A stretch of 64,000 bases of DNA, from the NCBI GenBank assembly GCA_976226885.1, contig OZ320322.1, positions 28,768,001-28,832,000 of the forward strand. The letters run 5' to 3'. Within the stretch, counting starts at the first letter, position 1; each line of letters opens with the position of its first letter. The translations under genes and the position numbers were made by a program. The notes under the pieces are model-generated. The model saw only the letters and a program-made list of their open reading frames with translations. It made no database searches and was not told the origin of the DNA. Positions 11,378-26,100 of the stretch are shown here, in pieces. This DNA comes from Iphione sp. A-MEVVRFRX5. Taxonomy: Eukaryota.

Positions 11378-14300
11378 ATAGCGAGCCGCCGCACATTGGC
11401 CTAATAATACTGTAGACCGTTTACCAGCGCCGGGGTTGGTATCCAGCTGGAACTGTCAAAGGCGTGTGCCACCGTAGATTGCTTTATCAGCGGAGGATGG
11501 CCTGGGTCCAGCCCTATACGATACAATAGCGCTGCTGACTGGGCCCTCTGGGCAGCGGGCCCTCTTCAGCGGATTTAAGCCAATTACCGATGGCAACGAA
11601 AGACAAGAGATATTACTCTACCCTACGTCTGGATTCCACGGGGCACGTTTTGGCTGAGTTAGTGATGATGGCACACCTTTAGCAATTACCAACCGCCTCG
11701 CCCCTGTCCATTGCAATGACATGACCTCCTCGGGAGGAGAAAAAACACTGTAAAAAGGAAAAGAATAACTTGCAAATGGTCCCATGGGTATTAAAGGCAG
11801 GTCCTTTGGGAGGCATCGTCGTTATAACTGTTAACATGTATCTCAACTACAAAAGCTTAAAAAAGAAGTCGATGTTAGTATCTAAAGGTAGAGCTTCGTT
11901 GAAGCCTGGAAGCAATGCCATATATATTGCAGACAGCTAGCACCGTAAATGTGAAAGAAATAAAAATAAGCACCCTTCTCACATTTAAATAGAAAAATTC
12001 ACGATGAATGCCTTGCAGAAGGTGTCTCAAATAAGCAGACTTTGGGGGTATTTCGCTACTTCTCTCTAAATGTTAGTCTGCCTGGTTTGCCACCTTTTCA
12101 TATCTCCAAATCCAGCTCCCTTCTCATAACGTTGAGTTGTGTCTGGAATTCTCCACGCCCTCTCAGAGATGTCAGTCCACGCCCCTATGGCATACTTCCT
12201 ACTGCTACTTGGCCACTGCTGATAGCAAAGCGGACAGAGCAGGGACAGTGGACTCTAAAACCTCCAGTTGTCCACCAACTCCCACCCTTCTGCTATCTAT
12301 TCCACCGGGCCGAGCACCTACAGAAAGTGGCGAGTGACAAGCGAAGACCCTATGGACCCTTAACTTTGATTGGTGTGCCCAATTCTAAATAGACCCCTTT
12401 TGACGATGGTAGGGGACAGCCAGGCACTCTAAGGAGACTACGATTAGACAGAGGCACAACAGGTTTTGGAGTTTATTTAAAATCCTTTCATTTTCTTAGT
12501 ATTGTCAGTTTATTATTGAGCATAAATACGGGTATAAGATCATCCATATTGTATTGATATAAAAGCTGATTAATTTGTGCGCATGATCCTTGCATGCTTC
12601 TTAAAGATAGCATTGCACAGGTGGTTTGTTTCCATGCATGCAAGGATCAGAGATGCACGGTATGCAGCTCCCTAGACACTATAATATTCAGTTGCATTCT
12701 GTTAATCAAGTTACTTAAAATTAATAATATGACTGAAGTCCACGTACAGAATGATGTGTTCGTATTAAATTGTCTTCGTATTACAGACCCTATGAACGAG
12801 CCGCATTTCTACTGCTCTAATCTAAAGCACAATATACTATTACTTGTAGCTGTATAAAAATTGATCTCACGATGAACGAAGAGCATCAGTTGTCATGAAA
12901 TGCTCTCGTATCAAGGCTCCGCTTGCATTCTTGTATGTCTGGTCCTCTTTGTAGTCATAGGTTTCACGGGTGTATCGGAATCACCAGCTTTGGGAAAATA
13001 TTCCAGACATGATCAAAGACATCCTCAGGAGCACGAAAGTCTGAAGTTTCCAGAAGTTTTTAACACATGTATACTATACATCGTCTTCTTATATGTGAAA
13101 AGTGCGAAATGTTCTCCTCTCGTCGAGATTTACTATCAGCTATAGATTTAACAGATGGGGAACTAAGGCTGTGTTTTTATGAATGCATGTGTTTTATGTG
13201 TGTGTGAGGACAGCATGTGGGAAACATGAACCACCTGGGTTCTCTCCATGAGTGGATGCATGTCACTCCATGCCCCTGTGGGTCGTCAGTATTCCTCATT
13301 ATTCTTTAATATTCCTCAGTGTATATAATACTAGACCGTAACAGTGTAAATCATTTGGTTCTTATGCAAATTTCTTGAACCTAAGCCAAAGCTGTGTAAA
13401 ATGTTGGGCATTATGCAAGTAATATGCCAATTGAGCTGATATATAGATGTAGCTATGACTCTTGTCCTGATCCTAACCATCATTTTCCTTTGCAATTGGT
13501 GTGTGCGTGCATGCATGGATATTGCTTCTTTCTGACAGCAGAAATCGCATGAACCTAAAAAAGGTACACACCTCTTAATTCCTAAATTCCCCACTAGTAG
13601 ACAACCTACAAGCATGCATACACTCTACATTAATGGAAGCACAACCTAAAGCGTGGGAACTAGCTTCTTCCGGGATAACTGTACACTTTCTTGAACTGGG
13701 TTTCCTGGGCAGGGAATACTTCGAGAGCTGTCATCGATCGTTCTCTTCTCGATCCACTGCAGACAAGTCCGTTTTGCAGCAATTTATATTTTGTTTATCA
13801 CAGCAGTGAATCAGGCAATGGGTGGAAATCAAATCTGCAGAGAAAAGGACTATTGGATCGTCGAACACGCCGTGGAAGTCGTCCCAGAAAGGAACGTCCC
13901 TCAAGAGACTGATCAAAATTGGTCGAGGGAAAAAGGGTAGTGAAATGGGCCCTTCTCTATAAAACTACATTTACCAGCGCATATCAAGACATTTATCCTT
14001 GCACGCCAATAATATGGGTCTTTTGTACATGGATGGTTATTGCCTTTGATATCCTCAATTAGATTCAATGGTTCGGATCGATAATATTTAATACCTCCCG
14101 GGACTAGACAATATATGAATTGGAGGTTCGTATCAATATATAACTACAGGCTACATCTTGATTCCCCATCGCACATAGTTACATACACCTTCTGCATCAA
14201 CTATATCCAAATGCTACGTTGCAGAATGCAACCGGAGTGAATTAGCTACATTACCCGTGTGTCTATTAAATCAACAAATGAACGTTTTCCAACATCATGT

Positions 14301-15917
14301 GATTAGCTAGGCTCGCGTTGCGGTATTGTAGGTAGGAAATGCTGCTAATATGAGAAAACTGGGAAGGAGAGATTGTTCCGAATTGGCCGGCCATTGTGGA
14401 TAACCACCTGTCATAGAAGGATTATCGTACTATCGTGGCAATAGGCGCTTAGCGCCGCTGAGCCAACTACCTTGGGATATAATCTTGACAATGCAATTTT
14501 CCCCAGGCTTCCCCTAGGGCACCCTCCATCTGGGCCCATCTGGGCCAATTTTCACGCTTATTGTCTCCGATAAACGTTGTGGAGGCGTTTGGAACATAGG
14601 CTGTTATGCTGAGATGTATAAGGAATGGTGGGAGGACATTTAGAGGACAAGGTAAACATAAGTCATTTGGATATACATGTACATTGTATCTATCTATAGA
14701 TATACATATGTCTCCTTCATATGAACATAGACTGTCAAGAGCAATGTCCTGAGCAAAGACATACAGAAATACAAGATGATAAAATCTTTTCATGAGAGGA
14801 AGGATTCTCTCTATATAGTATCACAAATATGAACTAGATGATTTCTAAAACAGAACAGTCACCCGACATAAGGTGAGCAACTCTATGTTTTGACCACATC
14901 TGTTCATATATAGGCTACCTTATTTTGTTAAACTCGTATCTTATATTTAAGCAAACCTGTCCTGATTTCAGGTCATATCCACATTAATATCTATGCATCA
15001 AGTGCTATTTTACTGATTGTTCTTCACGCGTGTCTAGGAAGGGTGACATATGGGAAATATTATTTAACATCGACAATGAATGGTGAGCTGATGAACTCCC
15101 CATAATACCCTGCCTGGTCCATACGTCTTTGTTCGCGGCCTGGTGCCTTCTCAAAGTCTAATACTATTGTCATGCCTGAACCCATGTTCCTTTAAGAGTA
15201 CGATGCTGGATACTCAGTGTCACAGTCTAAACATTACCCAACACCGAAAGGACATTCCCTAGTCACCTGTTACAGTATCGGCCGAGAGGCTGCGTAGAAT
15301 AGCAGCGAAGACTTAAACTGGCCTCAGATGTGTGAACAGGCTGGTGCTTAGAAGTTTGCAGCGCAGTAGTGAAATAATATGCAAACACTTCACAAGCCCA
15401 CGTCCTAATACACCCCAGTAGTGCGCCAGTTTGTATTTTTGCATTTTATAAATCAATTACGCGGATCCGCTACTTTTTAGCGTGGGATGCAAATTTAATC
15501 AAGGAGGCACAATTTATCAAGTATGTTGCATAGGCCTCTTTGATCTTCCTAAATCCATCTTGTCTGCATTCTTTTTTCCCCCTAAGTTTTATTCACAGGG
15601 GAGGGTGGATATCTTAACGCCGGTATCTGCCTCCTTGCAGGCAGTCTAAAGACTAGACAGTCTATTGTGTGAATAGATTGATCACCGCCAGGCTGCACTG
15701 TGTGAGGGCCTGCGGGTTATACTTTATCATACGCTAACCAAGGTACGCTAATATCCCTCCCCCCCCCAACTCCTGCTAGTTCTCAGAAATGCTAATCTGA
15801 GAGGAGCGAAAATCCCTACCCGTTCAAAGACGTGCCTTAATATGATTACAAAGAGCACAGTGCCTCGTTAGTTATAGCTCGCCTTTATTGGGTTCCCTTA
15901 TGCCGATTGGAGCACAG

Positions 15918-16083
15918 NNNNNNNNNNNNNNNNNNNNNNNNNNNNNNNNNNNNNNNNNNNNNNNNNNNNNNNNNNNNNNNNNNNNNNNNNNNNNNNNNNN
16001 NNNNNNNNNNNNNNNNNNNNNNNNNNNNNNNNNNNNNNNNNNNNNNNNNNNNNNNNNNNNNNNNNNNNNNNNNNNNNNNNNNN
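15918..16083. other. Assembly gap (166 N)
   Basis: Run of N characters. Confidence 1.
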
Positions 16084-16339
16084 TATGAATGTAGATTCTC
16101 GATTGTTTGTTTTATGTTATGCATACTGTATAATGTATACTCCCTCCTGCTGGACATACAGCAAATATGCATGAGCTATCGGAAGGGACTGTCCTTTTTG
16201 AGCGGGTGGGGTACCGGTGCTCTTGGGAGTACTCGAAGGATAAAGCAAATGCGCGGATGGAATTCTGACACCTTGTATAGATGCCAGATCTTGAATCCAT
16301 TTGAAAGGGAAATTAGCTGATATCCTGTCAACTTGCCAT

Positions 16340-16375
16340 CCACCAACCCACCCACCCACCCACCCACCCACCCAC
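16340..16375. repeat. (CCCA)n tetranucleotide microsatellite
   Basis: Direct observation. Confidence 0.9.
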
Positions 16376-19300
16376 TCCCGTTCACTGACCCAACAGATCG
16401 GGGAAGGTATGGGCGTATGTGTGTCGGAGATGATGGCTAGCATTTGGCCGGCAAGGTGTACCATCCGTATCGCTACGATGGATTGTTTTCATCCAGTACG
16501 GGCTTTCCTAAAAGCCTTCAGTGGCCGGGAGAAGCGAGATTCAATGACCTTCGTAAGCGTTTCGCATGCGAATCACACACCTTTCATGTTCGACGGTGTT
16601 CCTCGGCGCTAACAGAATCAACCCCTGATCGTTATGTCTGCTATTCAATCCTGCCCGATCTCCCTGAAGCAATCGGGCCTGAGTAGGCTACGGTGAATGG
16701 AACACAGCCGAGGGCAATGGAATTCCAAATTACATTGCCAACAATGTCGGGTTCTCATGGGGTAAAACGAGCCACAGCTTTTGTGAAAATCTTCTGGTAG
16801 GGGAAGATAATGTCCCGCTTGTTGGCATTGGGTTTATTTAATGGCGACAGGTCAACTAGCTAAAACTTGTCTTTCGGGGAATAATGTTGTGACGGCTAAT
16901 ACAAATTATTCATCTGTCAATAACCAAACGAGAGGAACCAACTGGAGTTGAGAGAAGGCATGGTTAGGCACACGTATGATTAGATCTGTCAGCAATTGAA
17001 AACACCTCCGTTATCGACATGTTTCAAACTGCCAAGAGTTTGTAACATTTAGAGCACAAAACTACCCTTAGACTTAATAATGGTTATGCTGCAGTGTCCG
17101 TGAATCTATGCTTATTTTCTGTTCTCTCAAATAAAAAAAACAAAATATTTCTTAGCACAGTTATGCACTAGAGTGACAATGCATTCACACAATAGAAATA
17201 TAAATTATTTTTCATACAATGTTCGTCTTTCAAACCTTTATCAAATACATGTACATAAATGTATATGTATTTCCATCAGCGCTGGTTTCCACAAGAGCTG
17301 TTCTTCAGATGAACATTTGGAATCACAATCTCCAAACCTCTGTATGATGAACACTCTCCAAGCACGATTCGTAATTGGTGTTGTGTAACACCACCAGTTA
17401 CATAACATACATAATAGTTACATCATGTATTATAATCGATGTAACTATCCAGCATTACGAACTCTATTATAGTTCCAAAGACTACATTAGATACATCCAT
17501 TGCAAATCTGTATTGAGACCACAGGTCTGTTTACCCTAACAACGGCAGAGATTGTAGCGAAGGGGGAGAGTTAATGGCTTATTGTCTGTCTCGACTCCCT
17601 CTATATATTAGTCAGGCATCGCCTGCAAGATCCTCCGGCTGCATCTTGAATGACGTTCTAGCGTGTCACTGACACCTACCCTCAGCCAAGCGGCCAGGTA
17701 ACCAATTAATTAACACCTGGTCGTGATGAGAAATGGCAATTATAGCATGCTGCCGCTCTAGTCTGGCCAGAGGCTGCAAGGGGAAGGGGAAAGAGGTCAA
17801 AGGAGAGGAGACACGCACGGCCACTGCCATCGCACGGACTAGCAAAGAAAGTCACGCGGACCATTCACTTACCAGCAAAACTGGCATATATCATCTTCCA
17901 GCAGCCACGTTTTGTAAGTTAGCCATCATTTGGTGTGTACCACCACCAGGTATTGAAACAGGTAGGATTTGGTCTCTTTCGTGAATCCTTGATTTGAGTA
18001 TTTTGCAATGTGTTTGTTTCTTGGGGGGGGGGGGGGCAAAAATAAGTGCCTCGCCAGTACATCTCTTTTAGTCTATCACGAACGTGCAACTCGCAATGTC
18101 GAGGGTAGCCTGTAGTTCCATCCCGACACCCATCCATTAGCAATATGAAGCGTACATTGCCTAAGCGCACGGGTAATACTTTTTTTACCCGGAGCAAACG
18201 CGTTAAAAGTGTTCAGGACGTGTGTGTTACGGAATGGAACGTACACCTCGCGCGAAGCGTTCTAAAGCGGCGGTGCACGCGTGCGTCCATTTCCAGCGGT
18301 CAGCGAGAACAGCACCGAAAGTACGTAGGATCAAAAATAGACGAGGGGTATCATTATCAGTTTAGAAAGACGCTTACGCCGTTGTAGTCGATCTAATTAA
18401 CCTTGAGTTTATCTCTACGGGGGTGGCAGAGTGCCGGGCGGCAAGGGGGAAGCTGTAGTGACCGGTTGGCGTGTCCAATGGGCACCGGAGGCGAAGGTTG
18501 CGTGCGAACAGGTCGTTAATGGGGGTGGCCGGCATTTCACACCAACCCCACGCCCGGAGGCGCCACTTCAAATACTCCAGGGGGAGCGGTCCCGTCCGTG
18601 TCTCCTCCACTTGGGGCCGCTGTAGTCAACCCGTACCTGGAGTGACCCGCCTCAAAAGCTAATTAACGCTTGCGAAAATAGGCAAGTGATCTACTATACC
18701 TTTGATATTCAGGTATATTTTTAAAGTACAGAGATGCAGATGAGTGTATGGATGCTATTTTTTCGGAACAAACAAAACATAGTGAGTAGTAGGGAGCCAC
18801 TTATCCCAACAGGCTTCGTTATATACAGTGCCCAGGAGCTACCAAATACATTTATACCGCTATATTATACAGCTGCGTCTAAAACACTTTAATAATTTTT
18901 ATATCATCTGCCATCAACAATTGCATTAAAATAATCACTGAATGCATTTGCGGATTCACCGTAAAGACAGGTGTGTTCAGCACTTTTTGTCTGGCACTCT
19001 TTATACATGTTGATGTGTAAGTTAAACTTAACGCCCAAATGTGTCAATAGAAATACAAGGATGAATGTGTTTCTACAGTTTATACGTTTACAGGAAGAAT
19101 TAAGCTGTTTTAATATCGAAGGGTATAGGTGTATGCAGCTACTACAATAAACACCACGTGAATGAAAGTGTTGATAATTTAACAATTCAATTTGGTATCA
19201 AGATGTTGGTATATTAAAATAAGAAATATTTTACAGTGCCGTGTTAGAAAAGTACATTTGGCACTGCCTGAGATTTGTACCCGCTGGATCAACAAAACGA

Positions 19301-19590
19301 GGACAACTATTAACTATACTGTTGGTCATTGTCTGCACAAACGTAAACATGTCGTGATCGATTTTCTTCTTGATCAAAAAACACATCCTCTATGTATCAA
19401 TTACATCCACACTCAAATACTAGTGTGTCCTACCCAAACTAAGAAGTGCGAGCCAGAAACACTTTCACATATTGAGAATTATAACCAGTTTTTCTTTTGT
19501 ATTCCTCTGTCCACGGCCCAAGAGTGTGCGGATAATCTTTTTTTCTGGGGAGGTTCCCCTCGAAAAAAAAGTAAACAAACAAGCGTGTTT

Positions 19591-19880
19591 GATAATTTTA
19601 TGATAGTCAAAGAGAATAAAAGGACCATAAAAATTCCTTTTCTTGACGTACTAAAAGCTCAGGCAATCAAATTGCTACAGCTTAAAACCACCTGAGTTGT
19701 GTTGGACCGTCAACCGGACACAACGAAGCAGGTAATAAAGCTACATGTACTTCACAACGAAAGCTAAAACACTTGCAGGAAAATGTTTGAATAATCACTT
19801 TACCACAAGTGCAGACTTGACCAATATCTGTCTTCATATGCGTGTAATGTCATCCGTGGGAAGCGCTAATTATCAAGGAA
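19591..19880 (+). mobile_element. Decayed Penelope-like element RT fragment (palm/thumb region)
   Basis: NFMIVKENKRTIKIPFLDVL resembles the PLE pattern FTxExExxxxLPFLDV. Downstream, in shifted frames, FTTS, DQYL and CHP..ALIIKELI resemble PLE T.VYRK..TDQYL..SxHP...K. Spacing is longer than canonical and the region is frameshifted. Confidence 0.4.
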
Positions 19881-22225
19881 TTAATCAAATCCTGAAAGCT
19901 GACTTAAGTCATAATGATAGAAATAGTACCTATACTGTGATACGTTCATTAGGGTAATTAGCGTGGAACTTTCAGAAGTCTTGACTGCTTCATAATTAGG
20001 CGAATTCACTCTACCTACATATGTATAAAATGTATATATCTGTCTAGGCAATGCTTGGCGCTGTGCTTGGCATAGTTGAGGACTAAATATTTCACCTACG
20101 CGAAGCTCACTCCCTGAACAGAAAGGCACTGCCACTTAAGTGTTAATTAGCTTAAATCAATGGCGACACATTATCTTGATTGTGTTGCTCATCGGACGTA
20201 AGGGGAGATTGTTTGTACACTCTGATCAATTAGAATCCAAAAACATCTTGAGATCTCATTTGACGAAATGGCTGAATGCGGTAGTAGGATTGACAACCGC
20301 GCTCATTAAAACAAGTCTTTTTGCTTTGTTGATGATGCGTGTGCAAACTTTGCTTCTGTATATTGGTGCTAATGAGCAATTTTGATGGTCGAGACCTTAA
20401 GTGTTTGGTTTGAGAGGACATTTTCTTTCCTGCTCCAGGAATGCTATCGAAGACGTACAAGTTCAGGCTGTGAACCTGAAATGATTGCCTGTCCACTACC
20501 ACTAATATGCAAATCAGTCTCATACACTGGTTCTACTAGAAATGGAATAGTTCAATTTTCACATTACAGACCCGCAAATCAGGGACATCTATCTGGCTAC
20601 AATGTCTGGAACGTGGTTCCATAGGAACAATTTGTTCAGACGACTTAAATATGTAGTAGAACTATGTCCCCTGCTGTATGATTAGAAATATAATGTCAAT
20701 GAAAGAAAGCCTTTTTCAATTTGCCTCCTGATTGAGTTCAGCGGTGTCATCCTTTTCCATTAGCAAACCATCGTAAGCAAGAAAATGCGGGCAAACACTC
20801 TCTGTATCTCAATTTAAGTGCAACTTCCGACCCTGTGCTCGGTGAGGAAAAAAAATACTTGTTGGTTGCAATTAGGTCGTTTCAATTTCATCATTTTTGC
20901 TTTTCTGACTAAAACGGCGAAGAAAATGGACTTTTCTATGTTCTTTATTACGATTTTACCCTTCTTTTTTCTTGTTTGTCAGTACCGATCAAATCCCGTT
21001 AAAAACAAATTACGCAACCCTCGTGGAGGATTAATATTACTTTCCCAATGTCATCTCTAGCGAAAACAGCAACTGGAGTGGTCTTCCTCCGCGACGAATA
21101 TCCTTCCTGTAACCGACTCCCCCGTTATCCATGTCAATTCGTCGAATATAATCCCTTATCAATGGCTTGAGATAAGCCAGCCACAAGCCGTGGATACCCT
21201 TTGTTCCGGGGTAGCAGATTATCTACTGTCACTCCTTTAAATCCTGATGATTTCCCTCTGGAAATCTTCTTGATTCTCATTCGTCCCTGCAATGGTAATT
21301 AATCCGTTCGGGGTAGTGCTGCCAAGGTGGGAGAGGTGGACTCATCCTGTGAAATGTCGCTTTCCTCGCCCAAATAAGAACTACTTCATCCCATCGTAAA
21401 CAATTCGCATCAATAATTTGTAGGCCCAGTAGTATTCCAGTGGATGTCATTCCTACGAAAGAAAGAACATCCATTGTGATGACGTGGTAAATATAGATAG
21501 TCGCCTTCCCTAACTAATGGCTCACACATATCATTGCTTACTGCGGCAGCAATACGAACGAAAAGCCACTAAGTCCATTATACTGCCTCGCCTTCTTGTC
21601 ATGGGGCGCGCCCCGTACCCCCACAGTCGGCCCAAGCAGGTAAAGAAAAGGTGTGGCACAACAAAGAAGTTCAATGCCAACAATAGGTGCTGTGATTTGT
21701 TAGCTTTTCTCCTCCGACCCAGCGAGTTGCTTTCCAAAATATGGCCCTTTTGTACGGCCAGACAAGGGGAGGCGCTGACTTGCGCATGAACTGTGGCCAT
21801 TTGTGGTCTCCCGAATGTGTCCATGGGCTAGAGCCCGCCAGCCACAATGCAGCATGCCATCGTAAACATGTTGCGATTCCTGCTGGGGTTTGGCCGGGAT
21901 GAAAAGACGAGGAGATAAACGCTGCATAAAAAGGGGAAAGGGGGGTGGCCCATGAAAGCGTCCCCGGTCCCTGTATTGGGGTCGGAGGTAGACGTAGATC
22001 ATTATGTAAATTGACTTCACCATCGAGGCTGTTTATTCTGTAGGAAAATGCCTCAGTTTCTTTTTCACGGCATTTCATCGTCTTGCTGAGAGCGGAATGT
22101 CGATAAGAAGAGAATGCCATCATTTACCACGGGCGCTTCATTTGGGTGGGAGACAGCGAGGGGGTGGGCGGTGCGCCTATCTTTTTGTTCCTCTATCACA
22201 TAAAATCTGATGAGTGGCTGGTCTT

Positions 22226-22358
22226 TAATCACGTGGGGAGATTAAAACAAAAGCAACTGGTCGTAATCAGGGTGGCCAGGGCATTAGATGAGACTCCCTT
22301 ATCAAGGCTAATCACCCACACGTTAATCAGCAGATTGTTTTAGCACAGATGAGGATTA
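22226..22358. promoter_or_regulatory. Homotypic cluster of TAATC/GATTA homeodomain sites (candidate enhancer)
   Basis: Six TAATC/GATTA cores in 133 bp (22226, 22240, 22264, 22309, 22324, 22354) plus CACGTG at 22230. Confidence 0.4.
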
Positions 22359-23043
22359 TTCTAGCCAAACTCCAAATTCCCACTTCCAGGCTAAATTCAA
22401 TTTACATTTTTCTTGGCGCCGTACCCTCTATTCGGCTGAGGTGTTGGCTTGATGGTTGTCTCCTGGTTGCTCTTCCTTTGACGGCTATTCGTCAGCCAGA
22501 AATGATTCTCTCCAAACTATTTCGTCGCCTGGTCCTTTGTCACCGTTGGCGACCTAATCGCGCAAGACCCAACTACGAACAACAATTCAATGTCTTTTTT
22601 TTTATCTGATGGAAATTTACTGTTAGAGAAGCCGTTGTATTGTCATCGTCTGATATCATAATGACTTTTGGCAGCCGTTCTTTCATACGATGATTTTGTT
22701 ATTGTCCTCTCGTTTATGGTCCTGTCGGGGCAATTATTGTTTTATTCATATTAATCAGCACAGCTCTTTTCAAGTCGGATTAAGGTGAGTTTTTCAGATC
22801 TATGGTGAATCACTACCGATCGGTCAGGGCTAAAAAAAGGGGGGACTAGTGTTTCAATTGCTGTAAAAGCCGGGTTATTCTAATCCTTCCCGATGACTCC
22901 ATATGCACTATCGCTACACGTATAGGGCACTAACACTATATCTAAAGCATACATCAACGGTATCTATCACAGACGCCTACAATGGTATATGCGGGATAAT
23001 AATACACTGTCAATATTTGTATACCTCGTGCTACATGAGTCAG

Positions 23044-23196
23044 AGAATGTCTGACTATTTAAAGCGTCTGTCGCTGGGTGGTACAGATATCGGTGGAGCG
23101 ATCATGTCGACGTATCAGCAACTGGCGCCTGTAAATTTCTCTGTAAAACAGTTGGTGGCGTTTGACAATGGCGCGACAATTAAGGCCTTGAAATAT
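23044..23196 (+). CDS. Weak isolated exon candidate, unknown product (RMSDYLKRLSLGGTDIGGAIMSTYQQLAPVNFSVKQLVAFDNGATIKALKY)
   Basis: 153 nt open in phase 0/0 between CAG| and |GTGCGG, with a protein-like amino-acid mix. The pyrimidine tract is poor and I do not recognise a family. Confidence 0.2.
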
Positions 23197-26100
23197 GTGC
23201 GGCCGCGCTGAATGCTGCACGGTACTCATTGGCAGGCGTACATAATCTCGATCGGCATCCGCCGCCTTATCAGATTGCTCACATGACAATAGCACCCACG
23301 GGAGGGCCTTAATGAGAGCAGGCTTGTCCTGGAAAACTGCTGATTGCACCCAGAAGACCTCGCGTGAGCAAAGACATGGCGAACCAGTGAGGCCCACTTA
23401 AGACTACTGACGCCGCCAAATTCGTATTTCATACGCGAAGGTGTGCCGCTAATTGCGGGGAGATGTTCGGCGTGCGGTGCCTGATACCGTGGACGTTTTC
23501 TGGATTCGGAGTAGGCTTCCATGCAAAAGTTCCGTCGGAGGTAATGCCTGTACCTCAGCCAGCTATAAACTGGGGTTGGGGGTTGGGGAGTGATATTCCC
23601 CAAGGCTAATCATATGTTGCCTTCGTATGAGTGTATACAAGGTAAAACAATATGCACATGTTAAGATGTATATATACGTGTATTATACGGTAGTAAACAT
23701 ATATATATATACATATGTGTGCATTCATTGGGCTGAATGGGTCTTATAGAGTACCCCGGCTTCCCATCACCTTCCGTCACCTTTCATTCTCTTGAACCAG
23801 ACTCCACAATGCATCCACTATACCGTCGCTTGAATGGTTGGTGGTATGGATCTTTCGGCATGTAAATAGCTCACTGCTTCATGTGGAATTTTATAAACAG
23901 CAGGTAGGCCTGGGCACCAATCATCCCCTCTTCTATAAAGCGATAAAAAAAACTTCGCCCCTGACTTCCATAGCACGTACCCTTTTAGATATCGATCCTG
24001 ATCCAGCACACAAAAACCCACCTACATGCCGTCCTTGATCGATAATAATCTAATGGCATTTTAATAATTAAATATTTAATTTGGTCCGACCGATGTGAAG
24101 AAACAAGTGACGTGTGAACTCCACGAGGAGACTTTAAACCTGCCGGGAATTTTCAGCGTATGATCCGAAGCAGAGGGAAGCCCATGCCATGCGAACGTTA
24201 TGCTATTAATAGATTTTTTCCTTGATAATACACACGGATCTAAGTGAACTATATTCACGAAGAAAAGTTTTACTATCATCAAGACGGTGACTACATTTGT
24301 TCAAGTGCACACGTGCATGCCTGGTACAAGACGCCTTAATGTGACGTTTTCCTATACTACTTACACCCCGGGCTGCTCATTGTTCTTTGTACAACATAGT
24401 AATTAGAAATCTTCCACCTGATGGTGACGCTAACTGACTATATTATGGTTGGAAAGTCGACAAGTTTCTATATGATCTGTTCTGTTTTATAACAGACTAT
24501 GCTACAGACGATGCTACATGTACTTCCCTTTATTGTTTGTAGCTTTTGAATAAGCGAATCTCAAATTTCGAAGGAACGAGTGCTGGAATCTACACTTAGT
24601 TGCACAAGGTCTTAGTGATAAGAAGCGTTCTGCTTTGCAAAATTAATCGTATGAAGTGAATTCTGTAACTGTCACAGTTGGGAAAGTGTCAATTTTGGAA
24701 AAATTTAAGACAGCATTTCAGCCGTTTAAGCCCTATCCACACTCGGCAGGAGAACTGTACGATACAAGCAATCACAACAATCCATGTGCGCAATTGAAAA
24801 ATATCAAAATTCTGATTGGTTTATTATTTCATTCCCATTTCTTTTTCCCCTTGCATTAATACAAAGGACACAAAGACTCGTGTCTCCCTCCTCTCCCTCC
24901 CGCTTTATCAGAAACGGAAAAAGACTTCACACGGATGCGGGTCGATTCATGTTTTCCGGGAACCTACTGCATTGTGCAACGACTGTCAATCGCAATCATC
25001 AATGATTATCTTGCATTTTAACCACGTTAACCCTTGCGGGTCAGATCTGCTGGAACACCTAGTGATCAGACCTACTCATCATCACCCCCCCCCCCACTGC
25101 CGGTCATCACAGGTCACATACGTACGGGAACACGGCATGAAATTGGCAGCCCAGGGTAAGTAGTAGTGCCATCGGAGCATAATTTGGGAGTGCACTACCA
25201 GCGTATAGGTTGGATTGAGAAGAGGATTAATGCTGGGGTGAAGGCAGGAGGCAGCTAGCCGACTGGCCTGACCTACTTTCTACTTGGTGTACACCACTAG
25301 ACACCGTATAAATAGTTCTCTTTGATTACCGAGCCTCTCGGCTGTGAGCAGAAGAAGGTGTGAAAAACAGCGCGTCAATTTTTCCCCTCTCTCTCCCTCT
25401 CTCTGTCTCCCCCCCTCTTTACCCACGCACCACGGCGTATGTTGATAGATCCTATGCGCGTACGGCCCTGTAATCTATCCTCGCTGGAGAGAACCAAATG
25501 CTCATTACTATTACATCATACTTGTCCCTCGCCAACGCGCGTCCCTTCATTATTGCACATCTCAATTGCAATTGACGGAGAGTCGGCGACATTTCACCGT
25601 TCGGGTGCTTCAACCCTGCTAAACTATCCGGGTGATCTGCGACGCTAGACAGCGGCACCATCCGAAATTCCTACACTGTGGTGCAAATTTAGCTGGCCTT
25701 TTGTTGCAGAGCCTGCCCGGCTTTCGAAAGCAGGCTTTGCGTCTGTGATAAAGGAATTCCTAACGCGTATGGAAGTCGACGAGCGCTGTTCTGTCCACGT
25801 ATAACGAGCAGGTCCAATCTATCAGTCTTGCAGTCCAATTTTCTGTACACTATATGAAGAGGACGGTGTCTACCCTTCGTCTTGCCCTGTAATCTGACGC
25901 TGGAGAATAGATTTAAAGGGTGTTTATTAAACGAAATGTGTATAAAAGTCTGAGAAACAGCATCAAATGTTCCAGATGAAAACAGCTGCAGGTCATCCTT
26001 GAAAACGTAGACGTTTTTCCGAAGCAGAGATTTTACGTATTTCCCACTGACATAATGCCCTAGTCTGTTTGATCCGATTCGGTCTGTGCATTTGCAAACC

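Noticed and set aside
11441-11479. IQLELSKACATVD resembling the RT motif LDLSKAFDTVD
   Set aside because: Both conserved Asp residues are replaced and no flanking RT motifs are present.
17413-17452. 11-bp hairpin ATAGTTACATC...GATGTAACTAT
   Set aside because: The stem is too short for a miRNA precursor and such hairpins are plausible by chance in AT-rich DNA.
23044-23280. Reading the 23 kb exon candidate as a DIRS/Ngaro RNase H (FDN...AGVHN...ALS)
   Set aside because: Motif spacings are far too short and need several frameshifts.
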